Shown here: in pieces, positions 37,715 to 50,300 of the stretch
Layout of the letters: each line of letters opens with the position of its first letter
Numbering within the stretch: the first letter of the stretch is position 1
Assembly: GCA_964016885.1 (NCBI GenBank)
Contig: OZ024745.1
Location: forward strand, 81,778,001 to 81,842,000
DNA length: 64,000 nucleotides
Source: Eledone cirrhosa
Lineage: Eukaryota
Direction of reading: 5' to 3'
Translations under genes and position numbers: made by a program
Notes under the pieces: model-generated
What the model saw: only the letters and a program-made list of their open reading frames with translations
Databases searched by the model: none
What the model was told of the DNA's origin: nothing

Positions 37715-37844
37715 ATTTATTTCAGATAAGAATGACTTCTACAGGACTAGAACTGTTTTATTTGTTTGAAAACATCAGGAATAATGATTTCAAACGAATG
37801 AAGCAGTTCTAGTCCTGTAGAAGTCATTCTTATATGAAATAAAT
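37715..37844. repeat. Fold-back palindrome, ~56-bp arms and short loop
   Basis: tttatttcagataagaatgacttctacaggactagaactg... pairs with ...cagttctagtcctgtagaagtcattcttatatgaaataaa. Confidence 0.92.
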
Positions 37845-38054
37845 TGTAAACAAAAGCATTTATCTTCCTCCTAATCCACTTTCTGTGTATTGCAATTTTG
37901 TGCATAAAAGCAATATTGCATAATATTATGCACAGTTTGAGCAGCAGTTTGAATAAACCACTGGAAAGATGTAATGAGACGACACATCATAGAGACAGGG
38001 TACAATGAGGGAGTGTCTTTCGATTAGGAGACAATGTGAGTCTATAACAAATAA

Positions 38055-38244
38055 CTGTTTCTACGTTAGGCACAAGGCCAGCAAATTACCCAGTGTATTA
38101 CTGGTACTTTATTTTATCGACCCCGTAAGGATGAAAGGCAAAGTTAACCTCGGCGGGATTTGAACTCAGAATGGCAAGGGCCGTAACTCTATGCGTCAAA
38201 GCATGGTGTCCGACCCTCTATCGATACTGTCAATCCACCGCCTT
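38055..38244 (-). mobile_element. SINE family 2, young copy with 16-bp TSD
   Basis: TSD agtctataacaaataa at 38039-54 and 38247-62. Confidence 0.92.
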
Positions 38245-38919
38245 ATAGTCTATAACAAATAAGAATAAAAAGTCTTATGCCTAGAAATAAGACAGGTTAT
38301 AGTGCAGGCATTTTGTGCACATGGTAACGCTGGAAGGAGAGAAATACCTGTCCAATGGTTGGGTCGTTGGCGATTAAACTGGCAACCCCACCAAGGTTTC
38401 TTTGGACATCCTGCAGGACTAAAAACAAAACCTGTCAAACGGCAAAGGAGCTCTTAAGAGTCAATGGCCATCCAAAATCACCGGGAGAGATGACCCCTTA
38501 ACCTTTGTCAAGGCAGAATTCTAGAAGGAAAACTCTGATATAACACCTGCAATCCTGATGGTATCCAATGATGTTGACTTGTTCTTTTTGGTAAATATCA
38601 TCTTGGTTAAGAGAGTGGGACTGGCTTTGTGCAGTGCCTTTGCTCACTATAAAAGCTTCACGGCACAGGCATTGCTTTATATCTGGAGATCTCTCTGCAC
38701 TTGTTGTCACATGGTACCAAGCGCCCAGCACTATGTGTCAATAATTGTCACAAGTGTAGTGTTTGTACCAGAGTTTTCAAGTCGCTGGCTGGACTAAAAA
38801 GTCAGACTTGTTCAGCGCATCGGTAGGGGTTCTCCTACATGGATATAAAGTAGTGGCCGTACTCGAAAACGAGTTGGCAGCCACCATATATATATATATA
38901 TTTATATATATATATAACA

Positions 38920-41900
38920 AAAATCCTTCTTTTATATATTCTTTTAAATATATTTATTTCGAGGACCGTATTTAAACTCTTAATTCCCGCTCCTTAATAT
39001 CTTCTCCCCCTCCCCTACATCATGAGTGTTCGCGGTCAGACACCCCACTCTACATCATGCGGCCAAACGTCCCCCCCCCCCCCTCTCTCTCTCTCTATCT
39101 ATATATATAAGATAAACGCCATTTTTCTTGCATTTCTACAATCCACTTAATTCCATAGTCCACCCCATCCGACAATTCTATAGCATTTTCTCTTCCCCGA
39201 TTCCAATCCTTGCCTCGCTACTCGCTATTCTATCCTACTTCCAAAACAAATCCTCCTGTATTTTTGTCGTATTTTCCAAAACAAATCTTGTATTTTTGTT
39301 ATTGCTTGTTAAATACGAGGTTTTTGTCGTATTTTACAAAACAAATCTTGTATTTTTGTTATCGCTTGTTAAATACGAGGATCTTACTTAAACCTTACCT
39401 TCTCGCTAACAACTCAACACCTCTCCCGCCCGCCCCCACGCACCACCATTATTATTACGTGGACCAATCATAAGCCAGAGGCCTATACTATCGCTTACCT
39501 GGTTGCCTTTCGATATGACGGATGGATGGACTACGGAATTCTGGAGAGTTGAAGAGAGAAAAATCTGGACGCTCAGCGACAATTCCAAAGATAAAGACAA
39601 ATTCACCTCGTGGACGAGAATGCGAGCATTCCTCTTTGTTTCGGCCGCGGATGGCTAACATAACCCCATCTCCCCCCGCTCCCCACTGCTCCCACCCTCC
39701 AAACGCAATCCAAAACTTCAGAGTTGGTACCATGAATGTAGGCACCTTAAAGGGTCGCTCTAACGAGGTTGTAGAAATGCTTGAACGTAAGGAGGTCGAT
39801 GTTTGTTGTATTCAAAAGACCAGGTGGAGGGGTGGGTCTGCTAGATTCATTGTGGGTAAAAAACGATGCTATAAGCTTTTCTGGGTGGGAAATGACAATG
39901 GGCTGGGTGGAGTAGGAATCATGGTAGCAGAAAAGTGGGCAGATAAGATAATAGACGTAAATAGAGTGAATAATTAAAATAAGACTTGTCCTCAATAGAA
40001 CTACGGTGACAGTAATATCTGCGTACGCACCCCAATCCGGACTGCCCGGCACTATAAAAGACAGATTCTATGAGACACTGATGCTCACTACCTCCCAAAT
40101 AACCGACAGTGACTATATAATTATTGCAGGCGACCTAAATGGTCACATTGGACAACATTGTGACGGCTACGACGAAATCCATGGAGGCTATGGGTTTGGT
40201 ACTAGAAATGAGGAAGGCTCCAGAATCCTGGAATTCTGTGACGCAAATAACCTAACTATCTGTAACACTAACTTCAAAAAACGTGACAATCACCTGATTA
40301 CCTATAGATCGGGAGAACACACAAGCCAGGTAGATTATATCCTTACCAGAAGACGTGACAGAGTGTCTGTTGTAAACACTAAATCCCTCCCCCATGAAGA
40401 ATGCACCTCCCAACATAGACTGATAATTAGCGACCTAATAGTCAGGACGAGATGTACTAGACAACAGAAGAGGACTATCCTCAGGAGAAAAATATGGAAG
40501 CTAAAGGACCCCACAGCCAAAAATAAATTTAAAAGCATACTCCTTGATGCTTTCGACAGTAAGGAAGAGCAATTAGTCGTACAATATAGAGGAGCAGTGG
40601 GAATTCCTGAAAGCAAACCTGCTGATGGCGGCAGACGAAGTCTGTGGCTGGAGTATGCCTGTAGGCAGGAGGAGAGTAACATGGTGGTGGAACAGTAAAG
40701 TGGAGGGGTCAATTAAGGCCAAAAAGCAGGCTTGGAAAATATGGCGGGATGGGGGAAGTAGAGAAGACGATCAAGTGGCCAGGAGGGAAGCTAGGAGACA
40801 AGTGTACTTCGCAAGAAGGGAAGCAGAGGAAAGAAAGTTCAAGCATGTTCTACAACGTGAGGACCAAAAACGTGAGGTGTTCAGGATTGCTAGGCAATGT
40901 GTCAAGGAAAACCGTGATATTGTCGGGGAGAAGTGTGTACTTAATGATGACGGCGTACTTGCCATCACCGACGCTGATAAGAAGGTAGCTTGGAAGTGTC
41001 ACTATGAAAGGCTACTAAATGAGGAGAATAAATGGGAGAAAGACAGTCTCCCCCACATCGACCCAATAGAGGGACCAGAAGTGTTAGTCGAGGGTAGTAT
41101 AATAAGTAAGGCAATCAAAGATATGAAGACGGGTAAAGCGGCTGGGCCTTCGGAAATAGTTGCCGAGATACTGAAGGCATCTGGTACGGTGGGACACACC
41201 ATGGTCACCCGGATAGTTAACCAAGTCGTTCAGAATGGGGTTGTTCCGAAGGACTGGCGTAGCAGCATCATCGTTAACTGTTATAAGGGTAAAGGAGATG
41301 CCCTAGATAGGAGTAACTATAGAGGCATTAAATTAATCGACCAGGTCATGAAGGTCACGGAAAAAGTAATAGCGCAACTAATCAGAGAGAATTGATCTAG
41401 ATGAAATGCAGTTCGGGTTTGTGTCAGGCAAAAGTACCACAGACGCTCTTTTCATTGTACGACAACTACAGGAGAAGTACCTAGCTAAAAGTAAACCCCT
41501 ATACTTAGCTTTTGTCGACTTGGAGAAAGCCTTCGACAGAGTCCCCCGTTCCATTATCTGGTGGGCTCTTAGAAAACTAGGTGTTGACGAATGGCTTGTG
41601 AGAGCTATACAAGCCATGTATAAAGAAACAGTCAGCAAGGTTAGAATTAACAACGAATATAGTGAAGAGTTTAGCTTAAAAGTTGGCGTCCATCAGGGCT
41701 CTGTTCTCAGCCCCCTACTATTTATTATTGCCCTTCAGGCTATAACAGAGGCGTTCAAGACCGGTTGCCCATGGGAACTCCTATACGCAGATGACCTAAC
41801 ACTCATAGCTGAATCAATGGCCGAGCTAGAGAAGAAATTCCAAACATGGAAGCACGGCCTAGAATCAAAAGGCCTTAAAATTAACCTGGCTAAGACTAAA

Positions 41901-43103
41901 GTTCTAGTTTGTAAGAAAGAAAATAAGGCGGCGGTCCCTTCCGGGAAGTGGCCATGCTCAGTGTGTAGGAAAGGCGTAGGTAGAAACTCCATTTTGTGTC
42001 CCAAATGCAAAGTATGGGTGCATAAAAGATGTAGTGGGATCACAGGTAAGCTAACTAAGAACATAGATTTTACATGTGGCCGGTGCTCTGGTGCAATAAG
42101 TAGCAGCAAGTGCCCACAAAATACTAGCTCTTTCAACTGCGCAGAGGGTTCTATAGAAATAGTGGACAGCTTCCGTTACCTGGGTGACAAAATCAGCAGT
42201 GGGGGAGGGTGCTCTGAAAGTACAGTAGCTAGAGTCAGAACTGGATGGAAAAAGTTCAGAGAACTTATACCACTATTAGCCGCTAAAGGGTTCTCCCTAA
42301 AAATGAAAGGCAGGTTGTATGATGCCTGCATACGAACAGCAATGTTGCATGGCAGTGAGACCTGGGCATTGTGTGCAGAGGATATACGCAGACTAGAGAG
42401 GAACGAAGCTTGCATGCTCCGCTGGATGCGTAATAGTAAAATACGTGAACGGCAAAGCATAAACGAACTAAGGGAAAAAATTAGAAATAAGAGGGATCAG
42501 ATGTTGTTTGCTCGAGAGAAGGCTACGTTGGTATGGTCACGTGATGCGCATGAAAGACGATAGCTGTATAACAAAGTGCAGAGCAATAAAGATAGATGGT
42601 AGCCACGGAATAGGCAGACCCAGAAAAACCTGGGACGAGCTGATAAATTCCGACCTCACACACTTACACCTCTCCAAGACAATGTCACTGGACCGAGACC
42701 TTTGGCGGTACTCAGTAATAGAGAAGACCCGCCTTACCTAAATACAAAGTAAAACCTACTACAGTCAGTAGGCATCTCTAACAAAATACACCCCCGTCCC
42801 ACCGCCCCTTTCAATGTAAAGTTATGTTGGTGCCACAACATCCAGGCCGAAACAAATGAGATCGTGTAGGTGTCACGACAAAAAAACACACAGTCCACGC
42901 TGTAATGTGGCCGTGTAGGCAACACGGTAAAAACCTCCCAGCCCCACACTGTAAATGTGGTTGGTGTTAGGAAGGGCATCCAGCTGTAGAAAACCCGCCA
43001 GATAGTCCTATGCGAGCAAGATAATCACTCTTGCCTCAAGTGGGAAAACCCCCGTCCAAACCCATGCAAGCGTGGAACACGGACGTTAAACGTTGATGAT
43101 GAT
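38920..43103 (+). mobile_element. RTE-clade LINE subfamily A, copy 2, near full length with putative 5'UTR and about 4 frameshifts
   Basis: Intact APE N-terminus FRVGTMNVGTL..DVCCIQKTRW, RT LLYADD, PHD-like insert, 3'UTR and (GAT)n; 5' boundary uncertain. Confidence 0.95.
39261..39380 (+). repeat. 60-bp tandem duplication in the putative RTE 5'UTR
   Basis: 39261-39320 vs 39321-39380 differ at 2 positions. Confidence 0.9.
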
Positions 43104-43278
43104 ATGGCTTAGTGGTTAGAGCATTGGCCTTTCAATCGAAAGGTTGTGAGTTCAATTCTCGGACCGGGTGATGTGTTGTTTCCTTGAGCAAGAGACTTTA
43201 TTTCACATTGCTCCAGTTTACTCAGCTGTAGAAATGAGATGATAGGGACTCCAGTCCCTATCATCTAATTTCTACAGC
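43104..43278 (+). mobile_element. SINE family 1 head and core ending in a fold-back
   Basis: atggcttagtggttagagcattgg...; terminal palindrome 43225-43278. Confidence 0.88.
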
Positions 43279-43555
43279 AGTGTGTGTGTGTATTGCAGGT
43301 ATAATCAATTGTCTGCAATATCTTTTGTATTATATGTATAAAGTTTAAATGGCTTGGATCAATGGTTGTCAACCAGTGGTCTGTGAGAAAATTTTGGTGG
43401 TTCACAGAAAATTTTTTAATGTATTTATCTTTTTAAAAAAAATTTATATTAGTGATTTGTGGTGTCCGAAAGGTTGGCGACCGCTGGTTTGGATGTTGGA
43501 TAATCTACGGGAGATAACTCTGGTTCATTCTTTATTCATTCACTTATGAGTGAGT

Positions 43556-43740
43556 GTTGGTGGATTGGCAGTATCGGAGAGGGTCGGACGCCATGCTTTC
43601 TAGCATAGTTACGTCCCTTTATAGTCTGAGTTCAAATCCCGCCGAGGTTAACTTTGCCTTTCATCCTTACGGGGTCGATAAAATAAAGTACCAGTAACGT
43701 ACTGGATAATAGCTGGCCTTGTGCCTAAAGTAGAAATAGT
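43556..43740 (+). mobile_element. SINE family 2
   Basis: Reverse complement of the 38055-38244 type. Confidence 0.88.
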
Positions 43741-44601
43741 TATTTTTATTGGCACATTCATGTATTTTTGAGTGTGTGAAAACTTATTAGCAGAGTACGT
43801 TTTCAGAGAAAGTGAAGACGTGAAAGATTTGAGTTTTCTGCCCTTGTTTTCTATTACTTCTGTTGGGCGAAGTAGCCATGTCTTTTTGGCTTGAGGCAGT
43901 GTGGAGGTTGGATGTTAGACAAGTACAGGTGTGATATTTTATTAATTTAGCTCTGTTTGTACAATTCTAATTTACTTGGTGTATTTCAAATTCATAGATT
44001 GAGTGGTGAATTTAACATATATTTGAGCAATGAATTTGAATTCTAGCATTGGTTTGTTTAAATTGGTTTTATTGCTGGTTCTGAATTTAATGATTTATTT
44101 TGAATTATGTTTTCTTTACTGGGTTTATGGAATGATTATTTCAGGTTTTGATTAAATCTAGTTCATTTTTATATTCTTGGTTGACTGGGTTATAGGGATG
44201 TATGAACAACAGCCAATTTTATGATTGTGTTTGTGTTTCCATTCTAGCATGGAAAAATGGATGTAAAACGATGATGATCATCTGCAGAGTATATGATGGT
44301 AATTTATCTGGTTGTTACAATCTTTGACAGAAACTGGTTGTTGATGTTGATTGTGGCTTGAAGTTTGTCCTCTTAGTACCTATATAGTGGGTTGATTTTA
44401 TCACATTGTCTTTCTTTGAGATGTTTATACAGGTTTGGGTTACCTTTTGGTTAGTTTCAGGTTTTGGTTCATTAGACATGAAATATTTGGTGGTTGATTT
44501 ACCAATGTTGGACTTTGTTTTTATGTTGTTATGTTTTGTGGCTGTGGAAACAGCTTTTGGTAATCGGGTAAAAATATCCCATGCATGCATGCGCGCGCGC
44601 G

Positions 44602-44652
<51 letters not shown>

Positions 44653-44753
44653 TGTTACATGTTTGTACTTAGTTTAGAAACATAGGAATCATCATATATT
44701 GAGGATATTAAATTAAATCCTATATTATTAAACTAACACCTTTTGTTTTCTAG

Positions 44754-44818
44754 CTTCGAGACAAAACACCCGTACACAAAGATGTTATTGCTGCTAAAGG
44801 AATACATCCAAAACGAAG
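44754..44818 (+). CDS. PPP1R12A: MYPT1-like exon: LRDKTPVHKDVIAAKGIHPKR(R)
   Basis: ctaac branch-like site, ttttgttttctag acceptor, AG|gtgagt donor; phase 0->2 fits both neighbours. Confidence 0.8.
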
Positions 44819-45364
44819 GTGAGTTGATTAATTTTTGAACGATTATATGTATACTAACTTGAACATTGCTGACAAATGTGGATAATGAAAACTACCAATT
44901 CTTTTAGTTTTTCTTAGTTTGTACATTGTTTATGGCAAACCACATCATAGCCAACTTTGCTCATCTTCCTTCAGTGGTTGATGAAATAAGATCAGTCAAA
45001 TGCTGGGATTAATTTGACTATTTCCATCCCCAAACATCTGTGGTGTTGTGCCAATATCAGAAATCAATACTTACATACTATTTATGTGCAATAAAGAGGC
45101 AAGTTTAATTCATAATTCTTTCATTGCTCTAGTTTACTTGAAGCCTATTGGTGTCTCCATTTTTTATTCAGTTCTGAGCAAGGCTTATTCAGTTAAAACT
45201 CTTGCACGGCAGGCAACTTTAACAGAATTACAAAACAGGGTTACATAGAACCCATAACCATTGTAAATGGTAGAGAAAAAGAGAAGTTGAAAAATTGAAA
45301 AGTGAAAAATGAAAATTTGACTTGGAGACTGCCTGCAAAAAAAGTGTTGTACTGTCTGCGCACG

Positions 45365-45366
<2 letters not shown>

Positions 45367-45447
<81 letters not shown>
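45367..45447. repeat. (CT)n microsatellite, ~110 bp upstream of an exon
   Basis: Direct observation. Confidence 0.95.
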
Positions 45448-45450
<3 letters not shown>

Positions 45451-45556
45451 TACAATAACATCTAAAAGAAATGATAAAAACATCTTTTTTAAAAACTTTT
45501 TTCTTATGTTTTTGAGAATTTAAATATTAAATTATTTTTGTCTTTTCCAAAAATAG

Positions 45557-45717
45557 GACTTCTGTTACACGAATGAGTGTAGATCAAAAACACAATGTTG
45601 TCCTACAGACATTAGAACAAGAAAGAGCACAGCGCGACAGCTTCAGAAAAGATGAAGAAGCCAAAAAGAGTAGTTCAAGTTCAACAAATGATGACTCCAG
45701 TTCTGAGTCAGAGACAG
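45557..45717 (+). CDS. PPP1R12A: MYPT1-like exon with acidic/Ser patch: TSVTRMSVDQKHNVVLQTLEQERAQRDSFRKDEEAKKSSSSSTNDDSSSESET
   Basis: aaatag acceptor, G|gtatgt donor; open frame, phase 2->1; acidic patch after the ankyrins as in MYPT1. Confidence 0.82.
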
Positions 45718-47609
45718 GTATGTTTGTCACTTAATGTTCTTTCTGCAAGTATCCAGTTAATAAAAATTTCCTGTTGGTAATATTTTGACTTAGTAACGAA
45801 TGCAAGAGAATTTATAGGTATCAATAAGTTTAGATGCAGTGAGGAGTGGAGCAAACCGAATATTTTGGACTAAATTCTATTTGGCAAAGAATTGTGAAGT
45901 ATAGGATGATGGTAGTTAAAAAGAAGTGTATAGGTTAAATGGTAATGAAAGAGGAGAGGTGTAGGGGTTTAAGGGAAGAAGGTCAAGAGACAAAGAGAGA
46001 GGAAGGCCAAGAAACCTATGCAGTATTGTGCGAGATAACCAGCAATAACACTTACATAAACAACTACTGTGGAATAAAAGAGAGATAAGTGTGAAGGTGA
46101 TGACGACAAAGGAAGTAAGCAGGGTGGGAGTTATTAGAACTTAGTGTCCATAGTGCTGGGAACCAAGGATGTTTCCAGGCAGAAGCTGTTGTATTGGGTT
46201 AGTAGTAGGTGATGTATTAGCAGAGTCATTAGAACATAGGATAGAATGCTTAGCAGTATTCTTTCAGGCTCTGAACTATAAGTTCAAATCCCACCACCAG
46301 TGTCAAATTTGCATTTCTTGCTTTCGAGGTCAATAAAAAAAGTAGCAGTCCAGTTGATTCTTCCTCTGTATCTCTTTCTCATTTTCATTCTCTCACTCTT
46401 TATCTTTCTATGTATTCAGACCTGGAGAGGGAATGGGTTCCATCTGGTTTTAAATGTCTAAGAAACACCAAAATGTCACTACACCACCTCTGTGACTTCA
46501 CAAGGAGTTATGGGTCCATACAAACAAACGTCCCTCTGACTTCACAAGGAGTTACAGATCCATACATACATCATACTTATGTCATACACCATACATACAT
46601 ATGGCATTCATCACCATACATTCATCACTATACATACATCATACATATTGGCATTCCATCAAATACGACAACTAGTGTACCACTTGATTTGATCAATGAA
46701 ATAGCCTGCTTGTGAAACTAATGTGCAAGTGACTGAGCATTCCACAGATGTGTGAACCCATAACATAGTTCTGATATTTAGTGAGACATAGTGTGTGCCT
46801 CTTGAATTACAGATACAACTCACTTTTGCCAGTTAAGTGGGCTGGAGCAGTGTGAAAGAAAGTCTTGTTCAAGGACACATACATATACGCCCACACACAC
46901 ATGCTCACACACCCGCACTTGCTCCAAAATTTGACATTAAAGCCATGAAAACTTTTTTTTTTTGTGTTTCATTTCCGTAAGTTGGATTGAATTAAAATAT
47001 ATTTTGTACCTGAAACATGTATATTTTTTTAAATTCATTAGAACGTCAAAATGAAATTAATAAGAACACATCCATCCCTATCACGGTAAGATTTTAAATA
47101 TATGTGTGTGTGTATATATATATATATTTTTTTTTTTACCTAAAAGTTTGTTCTTAATATTTCAGTAATATATCTTCTATTTTTTAATGCACAACAGTGT
47201 CATTTTAAACAAACGAATACACACACACGCACAATCATTTTATATACATATTTATATAGAGGGTTGCTGTGGATCACACAAACTAATAGGAGAAAGGCTA
47301 GGAAGTTGGCCAACAAAGCGGGAGAAATTACAAGATGATTGTAGCCAAAGAGAGGTGAGCCATGGTCAGGGCCGTGCTACCTTGGCACATGGTATGTTGG
47401 GAGGCACAAAAACTCTGGCTCAGTCACCTGACAGTGGGTGTCAGATACTGAACAACTTATGACCCCAGGTAGTGTCCATGATTATGTGTCTAGGTGCATC
47501 ACAGAATGTGTGTGTGTACATGTGTCTATATATACATGTGTATATGTGTGTGTGTATATATTTATATATATATATGTGTCTAAATATGTTTGTGTGCGCG
47601 CATATCGTT

Positions 47610-47900
47610 GTCATCATTGTTTAACGTCCAATTTCCATGCTAGCATGAGTTAGGTGACCGTGACTTGCTCATGGCTAGGTTTCTACAGGTGGATGCCCTT
47701 CCTAATGCTAACCACATTTATAATGTCTGTTGAGTGCTTTTTGTCATGACACCTACACAACCACCTTACAGTGGGTTGGGTGCTTTTTGTTGTGACACCT
47801 ACAGTACCACCTTACAGTGTGGGCTGGGTGCTTTTTTCGTGACACCTACATGAGCACTTTACAGTGTGGGCTGGATACATTTTGTTTACAGTGTGAGGGT
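47610..47900 (-). mobile_element. Antisense RTE-type 3'UTR with expanded ~45-bp internal units
   Basis: tttaacgtcc...tttctacag.tggatgcccttcctaa; repeated ccttacagtg..tgggtgctttt..gtgacacctaca. Confidence 0.75.
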
Positions 47901-48048
47901 GGTGTGGAGAGAAATGGGTGGATGGGGGTATAATGGTTAAGAAGTGCTTGCGAGATGTATGTTGGAACCTGTGCGCATGGGGGGGGGGTGTCTTCTGTAT
48001 TAGTGCAGAACGCCAAAGATCTTGACACATATATGTGTTTGTATGTTC

Positions 48049-48346
48049 GGGTACAAGCTGAAGCATATAGACATTATGCCCCCACCCCCTCCCACTGCAA
48101 AGTGGTCGTAGAGGTGCTATAGCAAAAAAGCACCCAGCCCCACTGTAAAGTGGTCGTGTAGGCGCCGCGGAAAAAAAGCACCCAGCACTCACTGTAAATG
48201 AGGTTGGTGTTAGGAAGGGCATCCAACTGTAGAAATCAAGCCAAAATCAGTTCTCATATGAGCAAGACAAGGTCAGCCGACTGGGCACTGCCCACAACAG
48301 GATAGCCCATGCTAGCGTGGAAGAATGGACGTAAAACGGTGATGAT
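48049..48346 (+). mobile_element. 5'-truncated RTE-B 3'UTR
   Basis: Matches 15301-15605. Confidence 0.92.
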
Positions 48347-49509
48347 ATATATTTTCTTTCCCTATAGCGCAATTGATAGTAAAAATATGACTGGTAGAAG
48401 CAGTAGAGTGTGACATAAAATATGGAATTTATTGAAGTCAATTTTTATTTAAGGTTAACTTTACCTCACATTTTCCTTGGTTAATAAAATAAAGTACCAA
48501 CCAAGTACTTGGATTGATTTAATCAACTATATAGCCCCAGCCCCAAATGTGTGGTTGTCATTGTTCAAACTCTATTATTTAGAATATAGATAGGTGCACT
48601 GATTAAGTTATAAATATTTATTCAAATATGGGGTTTTAATCAGATATTGTATTGTTTTGTATGTGTAATGTTTTGTCTTGTAACATGAAAAACAGTTCTA
48701 AGAAATTTTTTTATTGAGTGTCTGTAGTACATACAATAACAAATTAAGATGAATTTTTGTTAGAAAGATATTAAATTGATCACACTTATGCTTTTATAAA
48801 CTATCTCTTGTAGTGTTATGTTTTCTTATTTATTTTCAAGATTTTGGATATTGTAGCAATCTTTCAGATATGTTTTCTATTTTATTGTTTCATAGTGGGG
48901 ATCTATATCGATGAATAGTTGGACCAGTTGTAATATCTTCATATTTTGACAGAATGTTTGTCATTTTTTCTTTAACTTTACCGACATTCCAGGACAAATT
49001 GTAAATAATTTGTATTTTTACCATTCCTTGAAGATTGTATTTTGTTCTACTTTTCATTTTATAGAAAATTCCATCAACCTTAATGCGCCGAAACTGTAGT
49101 GATTTCCAGAGGTTTACTGAGGAGACGGGACTGTCCGTCTTTCTGTTGTTTTTTCCAATGTCTTTGTCCTGTATGTCCCCTATATTGAATACATATATAT
49201 ATGTATGTATATACTGAAGATATATATATACATATATACACAAGTATAGAGATACATATGAGGGAGTCCAACAGGTACCAATTTTGTTTGATGAAGGAAT
49301 TAATAAAAATCAGTTATTCAGAGCATAATACAAATTATATTTGGGAAACACAAATAAGATAACGAAATATTTACCTATTTACTCAGAGCGTCCCTACTAC
49401 TGTTTCATTGAGCAAACTCAGTATTTTGAGCAGTGAAAATCTCAAATCACCAGGGAACATTTTCAAACAAGAAAGAATGACTGATATTTTTTTTTTTTTA
49501 ATCATTTTA

Positions 49510-49732
49510 TTTACAGTGTGGGCTGGGTGCTTTTTTGCCGTGGCTTCTCCACGACCACTTTGCAGTGGAATGATAGGGACCGCAGTCCCTATCATCTCAT
49601 TTCTACAGCTGAGTAAACTGGAGCAATGTGAAATAAAGTGTCTTGATCAAGGAAACAGCACATCACCCGGTCTGAGAATTGAACTCACAACCTTTCGATT
49701 GCAAAGCCAATGCTCTAACCACTAAGCCATGT
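49510..49732 (-). mobile_element. SINE family 1, partial
   Basis: Matches 25688-25910. Confidence 0.88.
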
Positions 49733-50300
49733 ATATATATAATGAAAAACAATGATTGATGTTATCTTGCTTCACGGTTTATATACTGGTTGTGTAATTA
49801 TTTCAGCAACCTAAGTTTTAGTTGTGATGTATATGTGTGTTTTAAACATTCAATGAGTGTTTATTTGTTATATTTCATACCTTTCTTCAATAATTTTAAT
49901 TAGTAGTATATATACATTTCTGAATTTAGATTGAAATCATGAATATCATCATTCTTATGTCTGCTTTTCAATGCTGGCATGACTTAGATGGTAGTTTTTG
50001 AGGTATTCATTTTTAGCTGGATGCTCTTTGTGGCAACAACTCTTTAGGGTACATCAGAGATATTTCTTGATAAATTTAATGTCATATTTATTTGTGTTAT
50101 GGATGGTGAATTTAATCTTTCATCTTTCACTTTGAAATTCTACAAGTTTGGTTTTCTCTTTTTTTATTTTACATTAATATCTCATAAAGGATAATAGTTG
50201 GAGTCTTGCTATGTATTATTTATTAAACTGAGGATGTTTAAGATATTTTAAGGTATTTTTCATTGAAAAAAATCCTTAAAACTAAAAAGTAAATTATATT

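Noticed and set aside
49022-49179. Minus-strand segment with AG/GT ends and phase 1->0 that could look like an inverted MYPT1 exon (GDIQDKDIGKNNRKTDSPVSS)
   Set aside because: Wrong strand, no pyrimidine tract and no MYPT similarity. The gccgaaac...ggactgtccgtctttctg context looks like a dispersed repeat remnant, and the 51268 exon already bridges the phases.
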